64,000 nucleotides of DNA from an uncultured Planctomycetia bacterium. GTDB lineage: Bacteria; Omnitrophota; Gorgyraeia; Tantalellales; Tantalellaceae. Numbering within the stretch: position 1 is the first letter of the stretch; each line of letters begins with the position of its first letter. The position numbers and the translations under genes are program-made. The DNA lies in NCBI GenBank assembly GCA_964527555.1, contig CAZGOG010000003.1:4320-68319 (forward strand), in the 5' to 3' direction. Below, one piece after another: positions 1 through 10,821 of this stretch. The notes beneath the pieces are model-generated. The model saw nothing but the letters and a program-made list of their open reading frames with translations. It was not told where the DNA came from and did not search any database.

Positions 1-60
1 TTTTCGAAGGAAGAAGCGAGCCGAGAGAAAAAAGAAGTAAAAGAAGCAGGCAAGGAGTAG
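1..60 (+). CDS. rpsC: 3' end of 30S ribosomal protein S3 (partial)
   Basis: Frame 1 reads [19 protein letters not shown] directly before rplP; identity comes from S10 operon order, not from the fragment itself. Confidence 0.7.
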   Translation, partial: FSKEEASREKKEVKEAGKE

Positions 61-67
61 TACAGCT

Positions 68-484
68 ATGGCACTGATGCCTAAAAGGGTAAAATACAGG
101 AAACAGCAGAGAGGCCGGCGTAAAGGTAAAAGCGATTCGTATGATCTGAATTTTGGAGAATTCGGACTTAAGGCAGTGGAGACCGCATGGATGACCGATA
201 AACAGATCGAAGCGGCTAGAGTAGCGCTTATGAGGCACACGGGCCGTGCGGGGAAACTGTGGATCCGTATTTTCCCTGATAAACCCATAACGAAGCAGGC
301 GGCCGAGACCCGTATGGGTAAGGGAAAAGGCTCACCGATAGGCTGGGTAGCTGTAGTGAAAAAGGGGCGTATTATATTTGAGCTGGAAGGCGTGCCGCGC
401 GACATGGCAAGAGAAGCTTTTCGCCTGTCAGCGCATAAACTGCCGATGAAGACTAAATTTGTATCACGGGGAGGACAGAGTTGA
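68..484 (+). CDS. rplP: 50S ribosomal protein L16
   Basis: [32 protein letters not shown] motifs. Confidence 0.98.
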   Translation: MALMPKRVKYRKQQRGRRKGKSDSYDLNFGEFGLKAVETAWMTDKQIEAARVALMRHTGRAGKLWIRIFPDKPITKQAAETRMGKGKGSPIGWVAVVKKGRIIFELEGVPRDMAREAFRLSAHKLPMKTKFVSRGGQS

Positions 485-684
485 AGGCAAGCGAGATAAG
501 GAACATGACAGAAGCCGAAGTTGAACACAAGATCCTGACCATGAAGGAACAGTTGTTTAAGATGAGGGTTGAGAACACAAGCGGGCAGGTTGACCGGCCC
601 AACAGGTTCCGTTCGCTTAGGCGTGATATCGCGAGATGTTATACCATTTTAAAGGAGAAAAAAGGTGAAGAGCGACAGACCTAA
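481..684 (+). CDS. rpmC: 50S ribosomal protein L29
   Basis: 67 aa, MKASEIR...LRRDIAR; TTG start overlaps the rplP stop. Confidence 0.95.
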   Translation: MKASEIRNMTEAEVEHKILTMKEQLFKMRVENTSGQVDRPNRFRSLRRDIARCYTILKEKKGEERQT

Positions 685-934
685 AAAGAAGACTATTATA
701 GGAACGGTTATAAGCGACAAGATGGATAAAACCGTGATAGTTGAATGGGAGAGGCGGAAGATGCACCCCATCTACAAAAAATTCGTCAAACAGCTTATGA
801 AGGTTAAGGCTCATGACAGCAAGAATGCAGCGGCTGTCGGTGATCTGGTCAAAATAATCGAATGCCGGCCGGTCTCAAAAGAGAAGACCTGGAGAGTTGT
901 TGAGATTCTGGAACAAGTGCAAAGGGGCCAGTAG
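665..934 (+). CDS. rpsQ: 30S ribosomal protein S17
   Basis: [34 protein letters not shown]. Confidence 0.97.
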   Translation: MKSDRPKKKTIIGTVISDKMDKTVIVEWERRKMHPIYKKFVKQLMKVKAHDSKNAAAVGDLVKIIECRPVSKEKTWRVVEILEQVQRGQ

Positions 935-936
935 AG

Positions 937-1305
937 ATGATTATAATGGGAAGCAGACTGGATGTTGCTGATAACAGCGGGGCGAAAAAAGCTTCGATGA
1001 TAGGTGTTATCGGCAGAAGGAGCAAGGCGACCGCAGAGATCGGCGATATTATCACCTGTAACATAAAAGAGTCCACACCTACCGCGGAAGTCAAAAAAGG
1101 TGAAGTTGTGCGCGGGGTAATAGTCCGCACCGCTTATCCGATACTGCGCAAAGACGGGACGGTGCTTAAGTTTGACCATAATGCGGTTGTCATAATAGAC
1201 AAGGACGGTAACCCCCGGGGTACGCGCGTTTTTGGTCCGGTTGCACGCGAGCTCCGCAGGAAAAAGTTCATGAAGATAGTTTCACTGGCGCCAGAGGTCA
1301 TATAG
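937..1305 (+). CDS. rplN: 50S ribosomal protein L14
   Basis: [30 protein letters not shown]. Confidence 0.98.
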   Translation: MIIMGSRLDVADNSGAKKASMIGVIGRRSKATAEIGDIITCNIKESTPTAEVKKGEVVRGVIVRTAYPILRKDGTVLKFDHNAVVIIDKDGNPRGTRVFGPVARELRRKKFMKIVSLAPEVI

Positions 1306-1319
1306 GGAGGAATAGAGGC

Positions 1320-1631
1320 ATGCTTCATATCAAGAAGAACGATACGGTGAAAGTCCTTGCGGGCAAAGACAGGGGAAAGACAGGTAAAGTGCTTAAAGTT
1401 TATCCGGCAACAGAGAGAGCCATAATCCAGGGCGTCAACTTTACAAAGAAGCACACAAGACGCCGCAGGCAGGATGAGCAGGGCGGTATCATCCACCGTG
1501 AAGCGCCCATTAATCTTTCGAATCTTGCAGTCGTCTGCAAGGGATGCAACCGGGTGGTGCGTGTCGGCATCGACATTTTGACCGACGGGAGCAAGGTCCG
1601 TTTCTGTAAAAAGTGTAAAGAAGTGCTTTAA
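1320..1631 (+). CDS. rplX: 50S ribosomal protein L24
   Basis: KOW motif VKVLAGKDRGKTGKV, EAPINLSN. Confidence 0.97.
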   Translation: MLHIKKNDTVKVLAGKDRGKTGKVLKVYPATERAIIQGVNFTKKHTRRRRQDEQGGIIHREAPINLSNLAVVCKGCNRVVRVGIDILTDGSKVRFCKKCKEVL

Positions 1632-1676
1632 AACATATAACGGCGTGTTTTTTATAAAGAGGAGATGAAGGTACGG

Positions 1677-2219
1677 ATGGCAAGGCTTAAAGATGAATAC
1701 GAGAAGAATATAGTGCCCGGCTTGATGAAGGAGTTCGGGTATAAGAACAAGATGGACGTTCCGCGCCTTAAGAAGATAGTGGTCAATATCGGCATGGGGA
1801 ACCTGGCGCACCAGAAGGACCTTGTGGACCCTATCAGGGATGAGCTTGCGGTGCTGACAGGACAGAGGCCCGCTTTGGCGAGAGCGAAAAAGTCCATTTC
1901 AAATTTTAAAATACGCGCAGGTGTCCCTGTCGGATACAAGGTGACGCTGCGTAAGACGCGCATGTACGAGTTTCTGGACAGGCTCGTAAACTTTGTTATG
2001 CCCAGGATCAGGGATTTCCGCGGTGTTTCGACGACGGCTTTTGACCAGGATGGCAATTATACCCTTGGCATCAAGGAACAGACGATTTTTCCGGAGCTGG
2101 AACTTGATAAGATCCCGGTTACTCACGGCATGGACATTTGTTTTGTAACAACCGCTAAGACGAAAGAAGAATGCAGAAGTCTTTTGGAGGGTTTTGGCAT
2201 GCCCTTTGCGAAGAAATAA
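1677..2219 (+). CDS. rplE: 50S ribosomal protein L5
   Basis: VPRLKKIVVNIG, PRIRDFRG, GNYTLGIKEQ; start placed at MARLK (an alternative ATG lies at 1665). Confidence 0.97.
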   Translation: MARLKDEYEKNIVPGLMKEFGYKNKMDVPRLKKIVVNIGMGNLAHQKDLVDPIRDELAVLTGQRPALARAKKSISNFKIRAGVPVGYKVTLRKTRMYEFLDRLVNFVMPRIRDFRGVSTTAFDQDGNYTLGIKEQTIFPELELDKIPVTHGMDICFVTTAKTKEECRSLLEGFGMPFAKK

Positions 2220-2244
2220 GAGCAATCGGTAAAAAAGGAATAAT

Positions 2245-2430
2245 ATGGCTAAAAAAGCGCTTATTGAAAAGTCGAAGAGAAAACCAAAGTTTAGCACCAG
2301 GGTTATCACCAGATGCCAGATCTGCGGCAGGAAAAAGGGTTACATGAAACGTTTTAAACTGTGCCGCATCTGCTTTAGGGAGCTGGCGTCGCGAGGAGAC
2401 ATCCCCGGTATTAAAAAAGCAAGCTGGTAG
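2245..2430 (+). CDS. rpsN: 30S ribosomal protein S14, Zn-binding 61-aa form
   Basis: RCQICGR...LCRICFRE, ends KASW. Confidence 0.97.
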   Translation: MAKKALIEKSKRKPKFSTRVITRCQICGRKKGYMKRFKLCRICFRELASRGDIPGIKKASW

Positions 2431-2490
2431 AGTTTATCCCGGGGGGCGCTTGCACCGGGAGAGCGACAGGCGAAAATAAGGAGAAAATAG

Positions 2491-2889
2491 ATGAGTGTTA
2501 CAGATTTAATCGCAGATCAACTTACAGTAATACGCAATGCCATAAGAGCAGGCAAAAAGGACGTTATTATAAAAAAGTCCGGTATTATTGAGGGGATCAT
2601 GGAGATAATTAAAAGAGAAGGTTTCATTGAGAACTACAAGGTCATCGATGATAACCGGCAGGGGCAGATCAAGGTCTACTTAAAATACCTTGATGACGGC
2701 TCCCCGGTCATGGAGGGGCTTAAGCGCGTTTCAAAATCGGGACGGCGTCAATATGCTCCGGCAAAGGAAGTTAAAAGCGTCATGGGAGGAGTGGGTCTGG
2801 CGATACTTTCCACGAACAAGGGTCTTTTGACCGACAAGGAAGCAAAAGATAAGGGAATAGGCGGAGAAGTCATTTGCCATATATGGTAG
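2491..2889 (+). CDS. rpsH: 30S ribosomal protein S8
   Basis: DLIADQLTVIRNA, RVSKSGRRQY, ILSTNKG, GGEVICHIW. Confidence 0.97.
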   Translation: MSVTDLIADQLTVIRNAIRAGKKDVIIKKSGIIEGIMEIIKREGFIENYKVIDDNRQGQIKVYLKYLDDGSPVMEGLKRVSKSGRRQYAPAKEVKSVMGGVGLAILSTNKGLLTDKEAKDKGIGGEVICHIW

Positions 2890-2932
2890 TAATTGAGGTC
2901 TGCTTTAAGCGGGCGAGGAGGAGAGGAAATAG

Positions 2933-3469
2933 ATGTCAAGAGTTGGAAGACGGCCGATAGCTGTACCAGACGGGATAAAGGTAGAGATCACGGGCCAGAA
3001 AGTAAAAATAGAAGGCAAGGGCAAGACACTTGAGCATGTTGTGCCCGGCGGGTTTAGCGCTAAGGTGGAAGAGGGAAATATCGTAGTCACCCGTCCCTCG
3101 GACAGCCGCCAGCACAAAGCCCTCCATGGGACCACCAGGAGTCTCTTGCAGAACATGATAATCGGTCTTAAGGACGGGTTCCAGAAAAAGCTGCAGATAC
3201 AGGGAGTCGGATACAAGGCCCAGATGAAGGGCAAGAATCTTGTCCTGGATATCGGGTTTTCGCACAGCGTTACTTATACCCCGCCAGCGGACGTAACAAT
3301 AGAGACTCCCAGCCCGACGGAGATCCTGATAAAGGGTGTAGACAAGCAAAAAGTCGGGGAAATCGCGGCTGAAATAAGAGACTATTATCCGCCGGAACCG
3401 TATAAAGGCAAAGGCATAAGGTACGAAGGCGAATATGTAAGACAGAAACAGGGTAAGAGTATCGCATAG
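2933..3469 (+). CDS. rplF: 50S ribosomal protein L6
   Basis: [26 protein letters not shown]. Confidence 0.98.
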   Translation: MSRVGRRPIAVPDGIKVEITGQKVKIEGKGKTLEHVVPGGFSAKVEEGNIVVTRPSDSRQHKALHGTTRSLLQNMIIGLKDGFQKKLQIQGVGYKAQMKGKNLVLDIGFSHSVTYTPPADVTIETPSPTEILIKGVDKQKVGEIAAEIRDYYPPEPYKGKGIRYEGEYVRQKQGKSIA

Positions 3470-3509
3470 GAAAGGGTTACTAGGCACAACCAGAGAAAAG
3501 GCAGAAGAG

Positions 3510-3869
3510 ATGGATAATATAGAAAGAAGAACGAGACGCAAAAAATCGATAAGAAAAAAAATATACGGTACCTTGGAACGTCCCCGGATGAGCGTGCATA
3601 AAAGCAACAAGAACATATACGTACAGATCATAGACGATATAGAGGGCAAGACGTTGTGCGGTATGTCTACAAAGTCATCTGGATTTAAAGACAAAAAGAT
3701 CGCAACCTGCAAAAACATAAATTTTGCCGCAAAGCTCGGTGAGGCCGTAGCTAAAACGGCTTCTGAAAAAGGTATAAAGAAGGTAGTGTTTGACAGGTCC
3801 GGTTATCGTTATCATGGCGTGGTCAAGGCTGTTGCCGATGCGGCCAGGAAGAACGGGCTGGAGTTTTAA
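3510..3869 (+). CDS. rplR: 50S ribosomal protein L18
   Basis: [22 protein letters not shown]. Confidence 0.97.
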   Translation: MDNIERRTRRKKSIRKKIYGTLERPRMSVHKSNKNIYVQIIDDIEGKTLCGMSTKSSGFKDKKIATCKNINFAAKLGEAVAKTASEKGIKKVVFDRSGYRYHGVVKAVADAARKNGLEF

Positions 3870-3896
3870 ATCTTAAAAGCAAGAGGAGCGAAATAG

Positions 3897-4535
3897 ATGG
3901 TTGATGAAGAAAAAAAAGATATAGGCGCGGCTGATCCTGGGGAGCTGGAGAAAACAAAGGATGATAGCCTGAGGGACAAGGCGGATTCTGATGTGCGTAA
4001 ACGGGACAAGAAACCGCGTACTGCCGAAGAAAGCGAAGAGAAAGAAGTTGTATCCGAGGAAATCGAGACGGAAGAAATAGCATTAACAACACTTGAGCCG
4101 GAATCCGCCGAGCACGTTATCAGGATAAACAGGGTTTCAAAGGTTGTTAAGGGCGGAAAAAACTTCTCCTTCAGCGCACTGGTCGTCAACGGTGACAGGA
4201 AAGGTCAGGTCGGCATGGGGTTCGGCAAATCCAACGAAGTTGTCGAGGCGATAAAAAAAGCTTCGGCGAAAGCCAAAGAAAGTTTTATAAAAGTAAGCTT
4301 GAGGGGCGACACGATTCCCCATGAAATCATAGGCAAATTTAAGTCGTCCACGGTTATAATGAAACCCGCCGGACCCGGTACGGGCGTTATTGCCGGAGGT
4401 GCTGTAAGGGCGGTTTGCGATGCGGCAGGGATAAAGAATATCCTTACTAAGAGTCTCGGCTCCAGAAACGCCATCAATGTCGTCAGGGCCACTCTGAACG
4501 GGCTTAATAATCTGCGCTTAAAAAGAAGAGGATAA
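3897..4535 (+). CDS. rpsE: 30S ribosomal protein S5 with a long charged N-terminal extension
   Basis: [33 protein letters not shown]. Confidence 0.96.
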   Translation: MVDEEKKDIGAADPGELEKTKDDSLRDKADSDVRKRDKKPRTAEESEEKEVVSEEIETEEIALTTLEPESAEHVIRINRVSKVVKGGKNFSFSALVVNGDRKGQVGMGFGKSNEVVEAIKKASAKAKESFIKVSLRGDTIPHEIIGKFKSSTVIMKPAGPGTGVIAGGAVRAVCDAAGIKNILTKSLGSRNAINVVRATLNGLNNLRLKRRG

Positions 4536-4577
4536 AAAACGCGCTTGAAACTCAAGAAAAAGACAAGGAAAAATATA

Positions 4578-5072
4578 ATGGTTCTTAAAATCGAAGACAT
4601 AAAGAGACCCCGCTCGATAAAGGCCGGCGGCAAACGCAAGGGGCGCGGTATAGGTTCCGGCCGGGGTAAGACAAGCGGACGCGGGCATAAAGGCGCCAAG
4701 GCAAGAAGCGGGGGAGGTGTATATAACCCCGGTTTTGAGGGCGGGCAGATGCCGCTTATAAGACGCATCCCGAAAAGAGGGTTCACCAATAAGTTTAAAA
4801 GCGAGTACAGTGTTGTCAATATCGGTACTTTGGAGAGGATAGGTTCCATAAAAGAAAATACAGTCGTCGACAAGGATTTTCTGTTTGCGAACAAGGTGAT
4901 AAAAAAGAAAAAACTGCCGTTCAAGGTTTTGGGTAAAGGCAAGCTCACTAAGGCCATAACAGTAAAAGCCAACGCTTTTTCCGCCGGGGCAAAGGCGGCC
5001 ATCGAAGAAGCCGGGGGCAAGACGGAAGTTATTGCTTATGAAACGGACGTAAAAACGAAAAACAAGGCATAA
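4578..5072 (+). CDS. rplO: 50S ribosomal protein L15
   Basis: [26 protein letters not shown]; ATG at 4578 follows an AAGGA RBS. Confidence 0.97.
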   Translation: MVLKIEDIKRPRSIKAGGKRKGRGIGSGRGKTSGRGHKGAKARSGGGVYNPGFEGGQMPLIRRIPKRGFTNKFKSEYSVVNIGTLERIGSIKENTVVDKDFLFANKVIKKKKLPFKVLGKGKLTKAITVKANAFSAGAKAAIEEAGGKTEVIAYETDVKTKNKA

Positions 5073-5082
5073 GGAGCCGGAA

Positions 5083-6432
5083 GTGTTTGAAGCGATTTCT
5101 AACATATTTAAGATTCCTGATCTGAAAAAGAAGATCATCTTTACCCTGGGGCTGATAGCGGTTTACCGTATAGGCGCTGTCGTGCCGACTCCGGGTATCG
5201 ACGGCATGAAATTGGCACAGTTCTTTGACAATATCGCAAGGACCCAGGGGGGTACGCTTTTCGGGATACTGAACATGTTCTCGGGAGGCGCGATGCAGCG
5301 CTTGACTATATTTGCTTTGGGTATTATGCCGTACATATCCGCCTCTATTATACTCCAGCTTTTAACGACAGTGATCCCCGCTCTTGAGAGGCTTGCCAGG
5401 CAGGGGGAAGAGGGCCGCAAGGTCATAACCCAGTACACGCGGTACGGCACGATCATCCTTTCCGTTATACAGTCGTTTTTTATAGCACTCTGGCTTGAAA
5501 ATCCCGCGCATTTCCAGGGTATGCAGATCGTTCAGTACCCGGGATGGGGATTCCGGATACTTACGGTCCTTACCCTTACCACGGGTACAGCCTTTATCAT
5601 GTGGCTTGGAGAACAGATACAGGAGAAAGGCATCGGCAACGGCATCTCTCTTATAATCACTGCCGGTATTATTTCCAGGCTTCCTTCGGCGATAGTACAG
5701 CTTATAACGCTGGCGACCCCCGGGACAAGCGGGCAGGCTCAGATAGATCCTTTTAAGCTGGTATTTTTGGCCTTTATGTTCGTTGCGGTTATTGTGGCGG
5801 TTGTAATGATAACCCAGGGGCAGAGAAAGATACCCATCCAGTACGCCAAGCGGGTCGTCGGCAGGAGGATTTACGGCGGGCAGAGCACGTATATACCCCT
5901 CAGGGTAAACCAGAGCGGTGTTATACCCATTATCTTTGCCCAATCGATAATATTATTCCCGGCAACCATTGCGGGACTCGTACCCCACAAGACTATACAG
6001 GGCATGGCGAGCGCCCTTATGATGGGCAGACCGCTTTACTATGTCGTGTATTCACTCTTGATAATGTTTTTCTGTTATTTCTATGCGGCTATAACATTTA
6101 ACCCGGTAGACATGGCGAACAACATGAAACGTTTCGGGGGATTCGTCCCGGGTATAAGGCCGGGTAAGCAGACCGCGGAGTATCTCGATTTTATTATGAC
6201 CCGTATAACTCTTCCGGGTGCTATGTTTTTGACGATCATAGCGATTCTGCCGAGTATCATAAACAGCCAGATCGGCATACCTTTTCTTGTTGCCAGTTTC
6301 TTCGGCGGCACGGGACTTCTGATCGTTGTGGGTGTTATGCTGGATACCATGCGGCAGGTGGAATCTCATATGCTTATGAGGCATTATGAGGGGTTTATGA
6401 AAAAAGGAAGAGTAAAGGGACGCTTGTCATGA
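5083..6432 (+). CDS. secY: Preprotein translocase subunit SecY
   Basis: FALGIMPYISASII, WLGEQI, GIGNGISL, GGTGLLIVVGV; multiple TM segments. Confidence 0.98.
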   Translation: MFEAISNIFKIPDLKKKIIFTLGLIAVYRIGAVVPTPGIDGMKLAQFFDNIARTQGGTLFGILNMFSGGAMQRLTIFALGIMPYISASIILQLLTTVIPALERLARQGEEGRKVITQYTRYGTIILSVIQSFFIALWLENPAHFQGMQIVQYPGWGFRILTVLTLTTGTAFIMWLGEQIQEKGIGNGISLIITAGIISRLPSAIVQLITLATPGTSGQAQIDPFKLVFLAFMFVAVIVAVVMITQGQRKIPIQYAKRVVGRRIYGGQSTYIPLRVNQSGVIPIIFAQSIILFPATIAGLVPHKTIQGMASALMMGRPLYYVVYSLLIMFFCYFYAAITFNPVDMANNMKRFGGFVPGIRPGKQTAEYLDFIMTRITLPGAMFLTIIAILPSIINSQIGIPFLVASFFGGTGLLIVVGVMLDTMRQVESHMLMRHYEGFMKKGRVKGRLS

Positions 6433-7121
6433 CGGGAAGCGGTCAGAAGGTTCTGGTTTTACTCGGGCCTCCGGGTGCCGGCAAGGGAACACAGGCATCT
6501 TTATTGACAAAAGCGTACGCTCTTTTACATATTTCGACGGGAGACATGCTCCGTGAAGCGATAAAAGACGGCAGTCAGGTAGGCCGGCGCGTCCAGGACT
6601 ACATGAATAAAGGAGAGCTGGTGCCTGACGCGATCGTGACGGAGGTGGTCATCGACCGGATGGCAAAACCTGACGCCTCTGGAGGCGTTATTCTTGACGG
6701 TTACCCGCGTACCCGTGTTCAGGCGGAGTCGCTTGACAGCTCTCTTAAAGAGAAGGGCCAGAAGCTGGATATGGTTCTGTATTTTAAGACGTCTGAAGAG
6801 GTCGCGGTGAGCAGGCTTTCCGGAAGGCGTGTCTGTCCCAAGTGCCTTAAGAATTATCACCTCACCAATATACCGCCGAAACAGGAAGGTATTTGCGACA
6901 AGTGCGGTATTGAACTTATGCTGCGGGAAGACGATAAACCGGAGACGGTAAAGAACCGTTTGCATGTTTACCATAAGAGCACCAGGGACCTGATCGATTA
7001 TTACCGCGGGAAAGGCCTTTTGCGGGAGGTTAACGGCGATCTTACGGCGGAAGAGCTCTTTGATGAGATAAGTGTCCTTTTTCGCGAAGAGGGACTAGTA
7101 GATGACGATTCTGAAAAGTGA
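6429..7121 (+). CDS. adk: Adenylate kinase with Zn-binding lid
   Basis: GPPGAGKGTQ, HISTGDMLR, LDGYPR, CPKC...CDKC lid. Confidence 0.97.
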   Translation: MTGSGQKVLVLLGPPGAGKGTQASLLTKAYALLHISTGDMLREAIKDGSQVGRRVQDYMNKGELVPDAIVTEVVIDRMAKPDASGGVILDGYPRTRVQAESLDSSLKEKGQKLDMVLYFKTSEEVAVSRLSGRRVCPKCLKNYHLTNIPPKQEGICDKCGIELMLREDDKPETVKNRLHVYHKSTRDLIDYYRGKGLLREVNGDLTAEELFDEISVLFREEGLVDDDSEK

Positions 7122-7845
7122 GAAAGATATCCGCAAAATCCGGCAGGCCGGAGAGGTCATAAGGGAGATTTTTTCCGTAGCTGAGAAAAGGATGCAGCCG
7201 GGCGTATCGACTTTAGAGATTGATCGCGAGATAGAGGATATTATACACGCGCATAGCGCGCAACCGGCGTTTAAGGGATATAAGGGTTATCCAGCTTCGA
7301 TTTGCGCGTCAGTCAACCAGGTTGTTGTTCATGGTATTCCGTCAGAGAAGGTCGTCCTGGGTGAAGGCGATATAGTAGGCATAGACGTAGGGGTTAAAAA
7401 GAACGGTTTTTTTGCTGATGCTGCCAGGACCTTCACTGTCGGAGAAGTAAGCGATGAAGCGAAGCGTTTGATCGAGACGGCAGAGAGGTGCCTTAGGGAG
7501 GGGACAAAAAAGGCAGTTGCCGGCAACAGGGTCTCTGACATATCAAACGCTATTCAGATCATTGCTGAGGAAGAGGGGTTTCAGGAAGTAAGGGCGTTTG
7601 TCGGTCACGGAATCGGGCGCAGTCTACACGAGGCGCCGGAAGTGCCGAACTGGGGAGAGAGAGGAAAAGGTCCCATTTTAAAAAAAGGACTGCTTTTGGC
7701 GATTGAACCGATGATAAATTCCGGCAGCCGCGAGATCAAGGTCCTTCAGGACGGCTGGACCGCAGTAACCGTTGACAACAAGCTTTCAGCCCATTTTGAG
7801 AACACAATAATGGTAGGCGAAAAAGAAGCGGAGATAATAACATGA
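7102..7845 (+). CDS. map: Methionine aminopeptidase type I
   Basis: VVVHGIP, DAARTF, GHGIG..HE, AIEPM, SAHFENT. Confidence 0.97.
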   Translation: MTILKSEKDIRKIRQAGEVIREIFSVAEKRMQPGVSTLEIDREIEDIIHAHSAQPAFKGYKGYPASICASVNQVVVHGIPSEKVVLGEGDIVGIDVGVKKNGFFADAARTFTVGEVSDEAKRLIETAERCLREGTKKAVAGNRVSDISNAIQIIAEEEGFQEVRAFVGHGIGRSLHEAPEVPNWGERGKGPILKKGLLLAIEPMINSGSREIKVLQDGWTAVTVDNKLSAHFENTIMVGEKEAEIIT

Positions 7846-8063
7846 GTCCAAAGGAAGAGCCCATTGTTGCTGAAGGTGAGATAACGGAATGTCTGCCTAA
7901 TGCTATGTTCAGGGTTAAGCTTGAAAGCGGGCATATTGTTCTGGCTCATGTTTCAGGTAAGATGAGGATGTATTTCATTAGGATCGTGCCGGGGGATAAG
8001 GTAACGGTGGAGCTTTCCCCTTACGATTTGGATAGAGGAAGAATCATAAAAAGAGAGAAATAA
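7842..8063 (+). CDS. infA: Translation initiation factor IF-1
   Basis: [28 protein letters not shown]. Confidence 0.98.
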   Translation: MSPKEEPIVAEGEITECLPNAMFRVKLESGHIVLAHVSGKMRMYFIRIVPGDKVTVELSPYDLDRGRIIKREK

Positions 8064-8065
8064 TC

Positions 8066-8179
8066 ATGAAAGTTAGGGCAAGCGTACGAAAGATATGCTC
8101 GAAATGCAAGATAATCAGGAGAAAAGGTGTGGTAAGGGTCATCTGTACAGACCCCAAACACAAACAGAGGCAGGGGTAG
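8066..8179 (+). CDS. rpmJ: 50S ribosomal protein L36 (absent from the ORF track)
   Basis: Manual translation gives [37 protein letters not shown]. Confidence 0.97.
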   Translation: MKVRASVRKICSKCKIIRRKGVVRVICTDPKHKQRQG

Positions 8180-8232
8180 TTGTACGCATTTGTGAAATGC
8201 TTCTGCCGTTTAAGTGAAGATAAGGAGCAAGG

Positions 8233-8640
8233 ATGCCGAGGATCATTGGGATAGATATACCAAAGGAGAAACGCGTAGAGGTCGCCTTGACGTATATTTT
8301 CGGTATAGGAAAGACGCGTGCTAGGGAAATACTTGAAAGGGCAAATATCTCCCCTGACAAAAGGGCTAAGGACCTGGATGACCAGGAAGTGACGAATATT
8401 ACACGTATAATCCAAGAGTTATATCAGGTCGAGGGAGATCTGCGCCGTCTTCAGATGGGTAACGTAAAAAGACTTATGAGTATAGGCTCGTACAGGGGTT
8501 TAAGACACAAGAAGAACCTGCCTGTAAGGGGCCAGAGAACCAGGACAAATTCCAGGACGCGCAAGGGACCGAAGAGGACAGTAGGGGCGTTTAAAGACAA
8601 GACTGTGAGAAAGACTGCGGCTCCGAGTCCGGGTGCGTAA
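8233..8640 (+). CDS. rpsM: 30S ribosomal protein S13
   Basis: [32 protein letters not shown]. Confidence 0.98.
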   Translation: MPRIIGIDIPKEKRVEVALTYIFGIGKTRAREILERANISPDKRAKDLDDQEVTNITRIIQELYQVEGDLRRLQMGNVKRLMSIGSYRGLRHKKNLPVRGQRTRTNSRTRKGPKRTVGAFKDKTVRKTAAPSPGA

Positions 8641-8682
8641 AAAGTTTTTGCAACACAACAGAACAAATAAGAGAGGTAAGAC

Positions 8683-9075
8683 GTGCAGAAAAAGACAAAG
8701 GTAAGAAAGCGCAAAAAGGTGCTGAGGAAGATCTCCAGCGGCAAAATATTCGTGCATGCCACGTTCAATAATACAATAGTGTCGGTTGCGGATACGGACG
8801 GGAAAGTCTTATGCTGGAGTTCGCCGGGGATAATGGGGTTCAAGGGTTCCAGGAAGTCAACGCCTTTTGCTGCCAGCATAGCTGCAAAAGACGCGGTTAA
8901 AAAAGCAAGAATCCATGGCATAAAGGATGTTGATATCATTCTTAGAGGCCCGGGAGCCGGCAAAGAAAGCGCAGTAAGAAGCGTAAGGTCGGAAGGCCTT
9001 AACGTCAAAACCATATTGGACTTGACGCCGACACCGCATAACGGGTGCCGGCCGAAGAAACGCAGGAGAATATAA
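8683..9075 (+). CDS. rpsK: 30S ribosomal protein S11
   Basis: HATFNNTIV, GFKGSRKSTPFAA, PHNGCRP. Confidence 0.98.
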   Translation: MQKKTKVRKRKKVLRKISSGKIFVHATFNNTIVSVADTDGKVLCWSSPGIMGFKGSRKSTPFAASIAAKDAVKKARIHGIKDVDIILRGPGAGKESAVRSVRSEGLNVKTILDLTPTPHNGCRPKKRRRI

Positions 9076-9129
9076 CTTGCTTTTCACCTGGTGTAGAAGC
9101 AAGAGAAAAAAATAAGGAGTGGGTAAAAG

Positions 9130-9759
9130 ATGGCCAGACATATAACAGCATCCTGTAGGCTTTGCCGAAGAGAAGGAGTAAAACTCTTCCTCAAAGGGAC
9201 CAAGTGTACCGCTGATAAATGTGCTTTTGACAAAAGGCAGTACGCCCCTGGACAGCACGGGCAGATGAGGAAAAGAAAGTCTACCGATTACGCGATCCAG
9301 CTCAGGGAGAAGCAGAAAGCCAAAAGGATTTACGGTGTGCTTGAAAGACAGTTTGAGAACTATTTTCATAAAGCCGAAAAAGCCAGAGGAGCGACGGGTG
9401 AGGTGCTTCTGCAGCTCTTGGAAAGAAGGCTTGATAACGTTATTTTCAGGGCTGCTTTTTCCGGGAGCCGCGCTCAGGCCAGACAGCTTGTAGGGCACAA
9501 GTTCGTTAAAGTCAACGGCCGCAGGGTCAATATACCGTCGTATCTTGTTAAAGCAGGCGACGAAGTGGAAATAGCGGCGAAAGAGGCGCAGGCAAAAGCT
9601 ATCAAAGAGAACGCGAAAATACTTGAAGACCGCGGTACTCCCGATTGGCTGGAAGCTTCATCCGAGAAGCTCGCCGTTAAGATAAAAAGGCTTCCGATGA
9701 AGAGTGATATAGGTATGGAAATAGAAGAGAGCCTTATTGTTGAGCTTTATTCCAAGTAA
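9130..9759 (+). CDS. rpsD: 30S ribosomal protein S4
   Basis: CRLCRREG, QLREKQK, LERRLDNV, IVELYSK. Confidence 0.98.
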   Translation: MARHITASCRLCRREGVKLFLKGTKCTADKCAFDKRQYAPGQHGQMRKRKSTDYAIQLREKQKAKRIYGVLERQFENYFHKAEKARGATGEVLLQLLERRLDNVIFRAAFSGSRAQARQLVGHKFVKVNGRRVNIPSYLVKAGDEVEIAAKEAQAKAIKENAKILEDRGTPDWLEASSEKLAVKIKRLPMKSDIGMEIEESLIVELYSK

Positions 9760-9819
9760 TCCAAAGGAATATAAATAGAGTATTGATCAGTAATTGACTC
9801 GAAAAGGGGGGGACACGTA

Positions 9820-10803
9820 ATGGCGATACGATTAAAGAATTTTGAGTTACCCAAGAAAATAGTTTTTGACGAAAAGACATATACTCCGAACTACGGAAAG
9901 GTTATCGCGGAACCCTTTGAGAAGGGTTACGGTATAACCATAGGGAACTCCTTAAGGAGGGTGTTGCTTTCGTCGATAGAAGGAACCGCTGTCACGCAGG
10001 TAAAAATCGCGGGCGCCCTGCACGAGTTTTCAACCGTTCCGGGGGTCTACGAGGATGTGACCCAGATAATAATGAACATAAAGGGGCTGGTCCTGAGGTC
10101 GCATTTTAAGAGCCCCAAACCCATGTTTCTCAGCGTCAGCAAGAAAGGGGAAGTTACGGCCAAGGATATTAAGACAGACGAGACGGTCGAGATCATAAAC
10201 CCCGAGCATCATATAGCGACGCTTACCGAAAACACCAAGCTGGAAATAGAGATGAAGGTCGAACGCGGACGCGGATACGTCACTAGCGAAAGGAACAAGA
10301 CCGCTGATGATCCTATAGGGGTCATCCCTGTCGATTCACTGTTTTCGCCGGTAAAAAGGATCAATATAGACGTTGAAAACACCCGTGTGGGACACATTAC
10401 CGATTACGATAAGCTTATTCTTGAGATATTCACGGATGGCAGCATGGAACCGAAAGACACCATTCTTTACGCGGCGAACATACTGCAGAGACACCTTGAT
10501 GTCTTTATAGGCATAGGCAAGCTTCCGGAAGACATGGAAGAAGAAGAGGAAGAGTCCAAGGAGAAGAAGGAGCTTACGAAAAAACTGACTAAACCGATTT
10601 CGGAACTGGAACTATCCGTCAGAAGTTCCAATTGCCTGGCGGAAGCGAACATCCGCACGATCGGGGACCTGGTTAAAAAGAAAGAAACGGAAATGCTTAA
10701 GTATAAGAATTTCGGCAAGAAATCGCTGAACGAGATCAATAGCGTTCTCTCATCGATGGGGCTGCATCTCGGGATGGAACTCGAAGAGATTGAAAAAGAA
10801 TAA
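9820..10803 (+). CDS. rpoA: RNA polymerase subunit alpha
   Basis: EPFEKGYGITIGNSLRRVLLSS, LELSVRSSNCL, NFGKKSL. Confidence 0.98.
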   Translation: MAIRLKNFELPKKIVFDEKTYTPNYGKVIAEPFEKGYGITIGNSLRRVLLSSIEGTAVTQVKIAGALHEFSTVPGVYEDVTQIIMNIKGLVLRSHFKSPKPMFLSVSKKGEVTAKDIKTDETVEIINPEHHIATLTENTKLEIEMKVERGRGYVTSERNKTADDPIGVIPVDSLFSPVKRINIDVENTRVGHITDYDKLILEIFTDGSMEPKDTILYAANILQRHLDVFIGIGKLPEDMEEEEEESKEKKELTKKLTKPISELELSVRSSNCLAEANIRTIGDLVKKKETEMLKYKNFGKKSLNEINSVLSSMGLHLGMELEEIEKE

Positions 10804-10821
10804 TGAAAGAAGGGGCAATAG

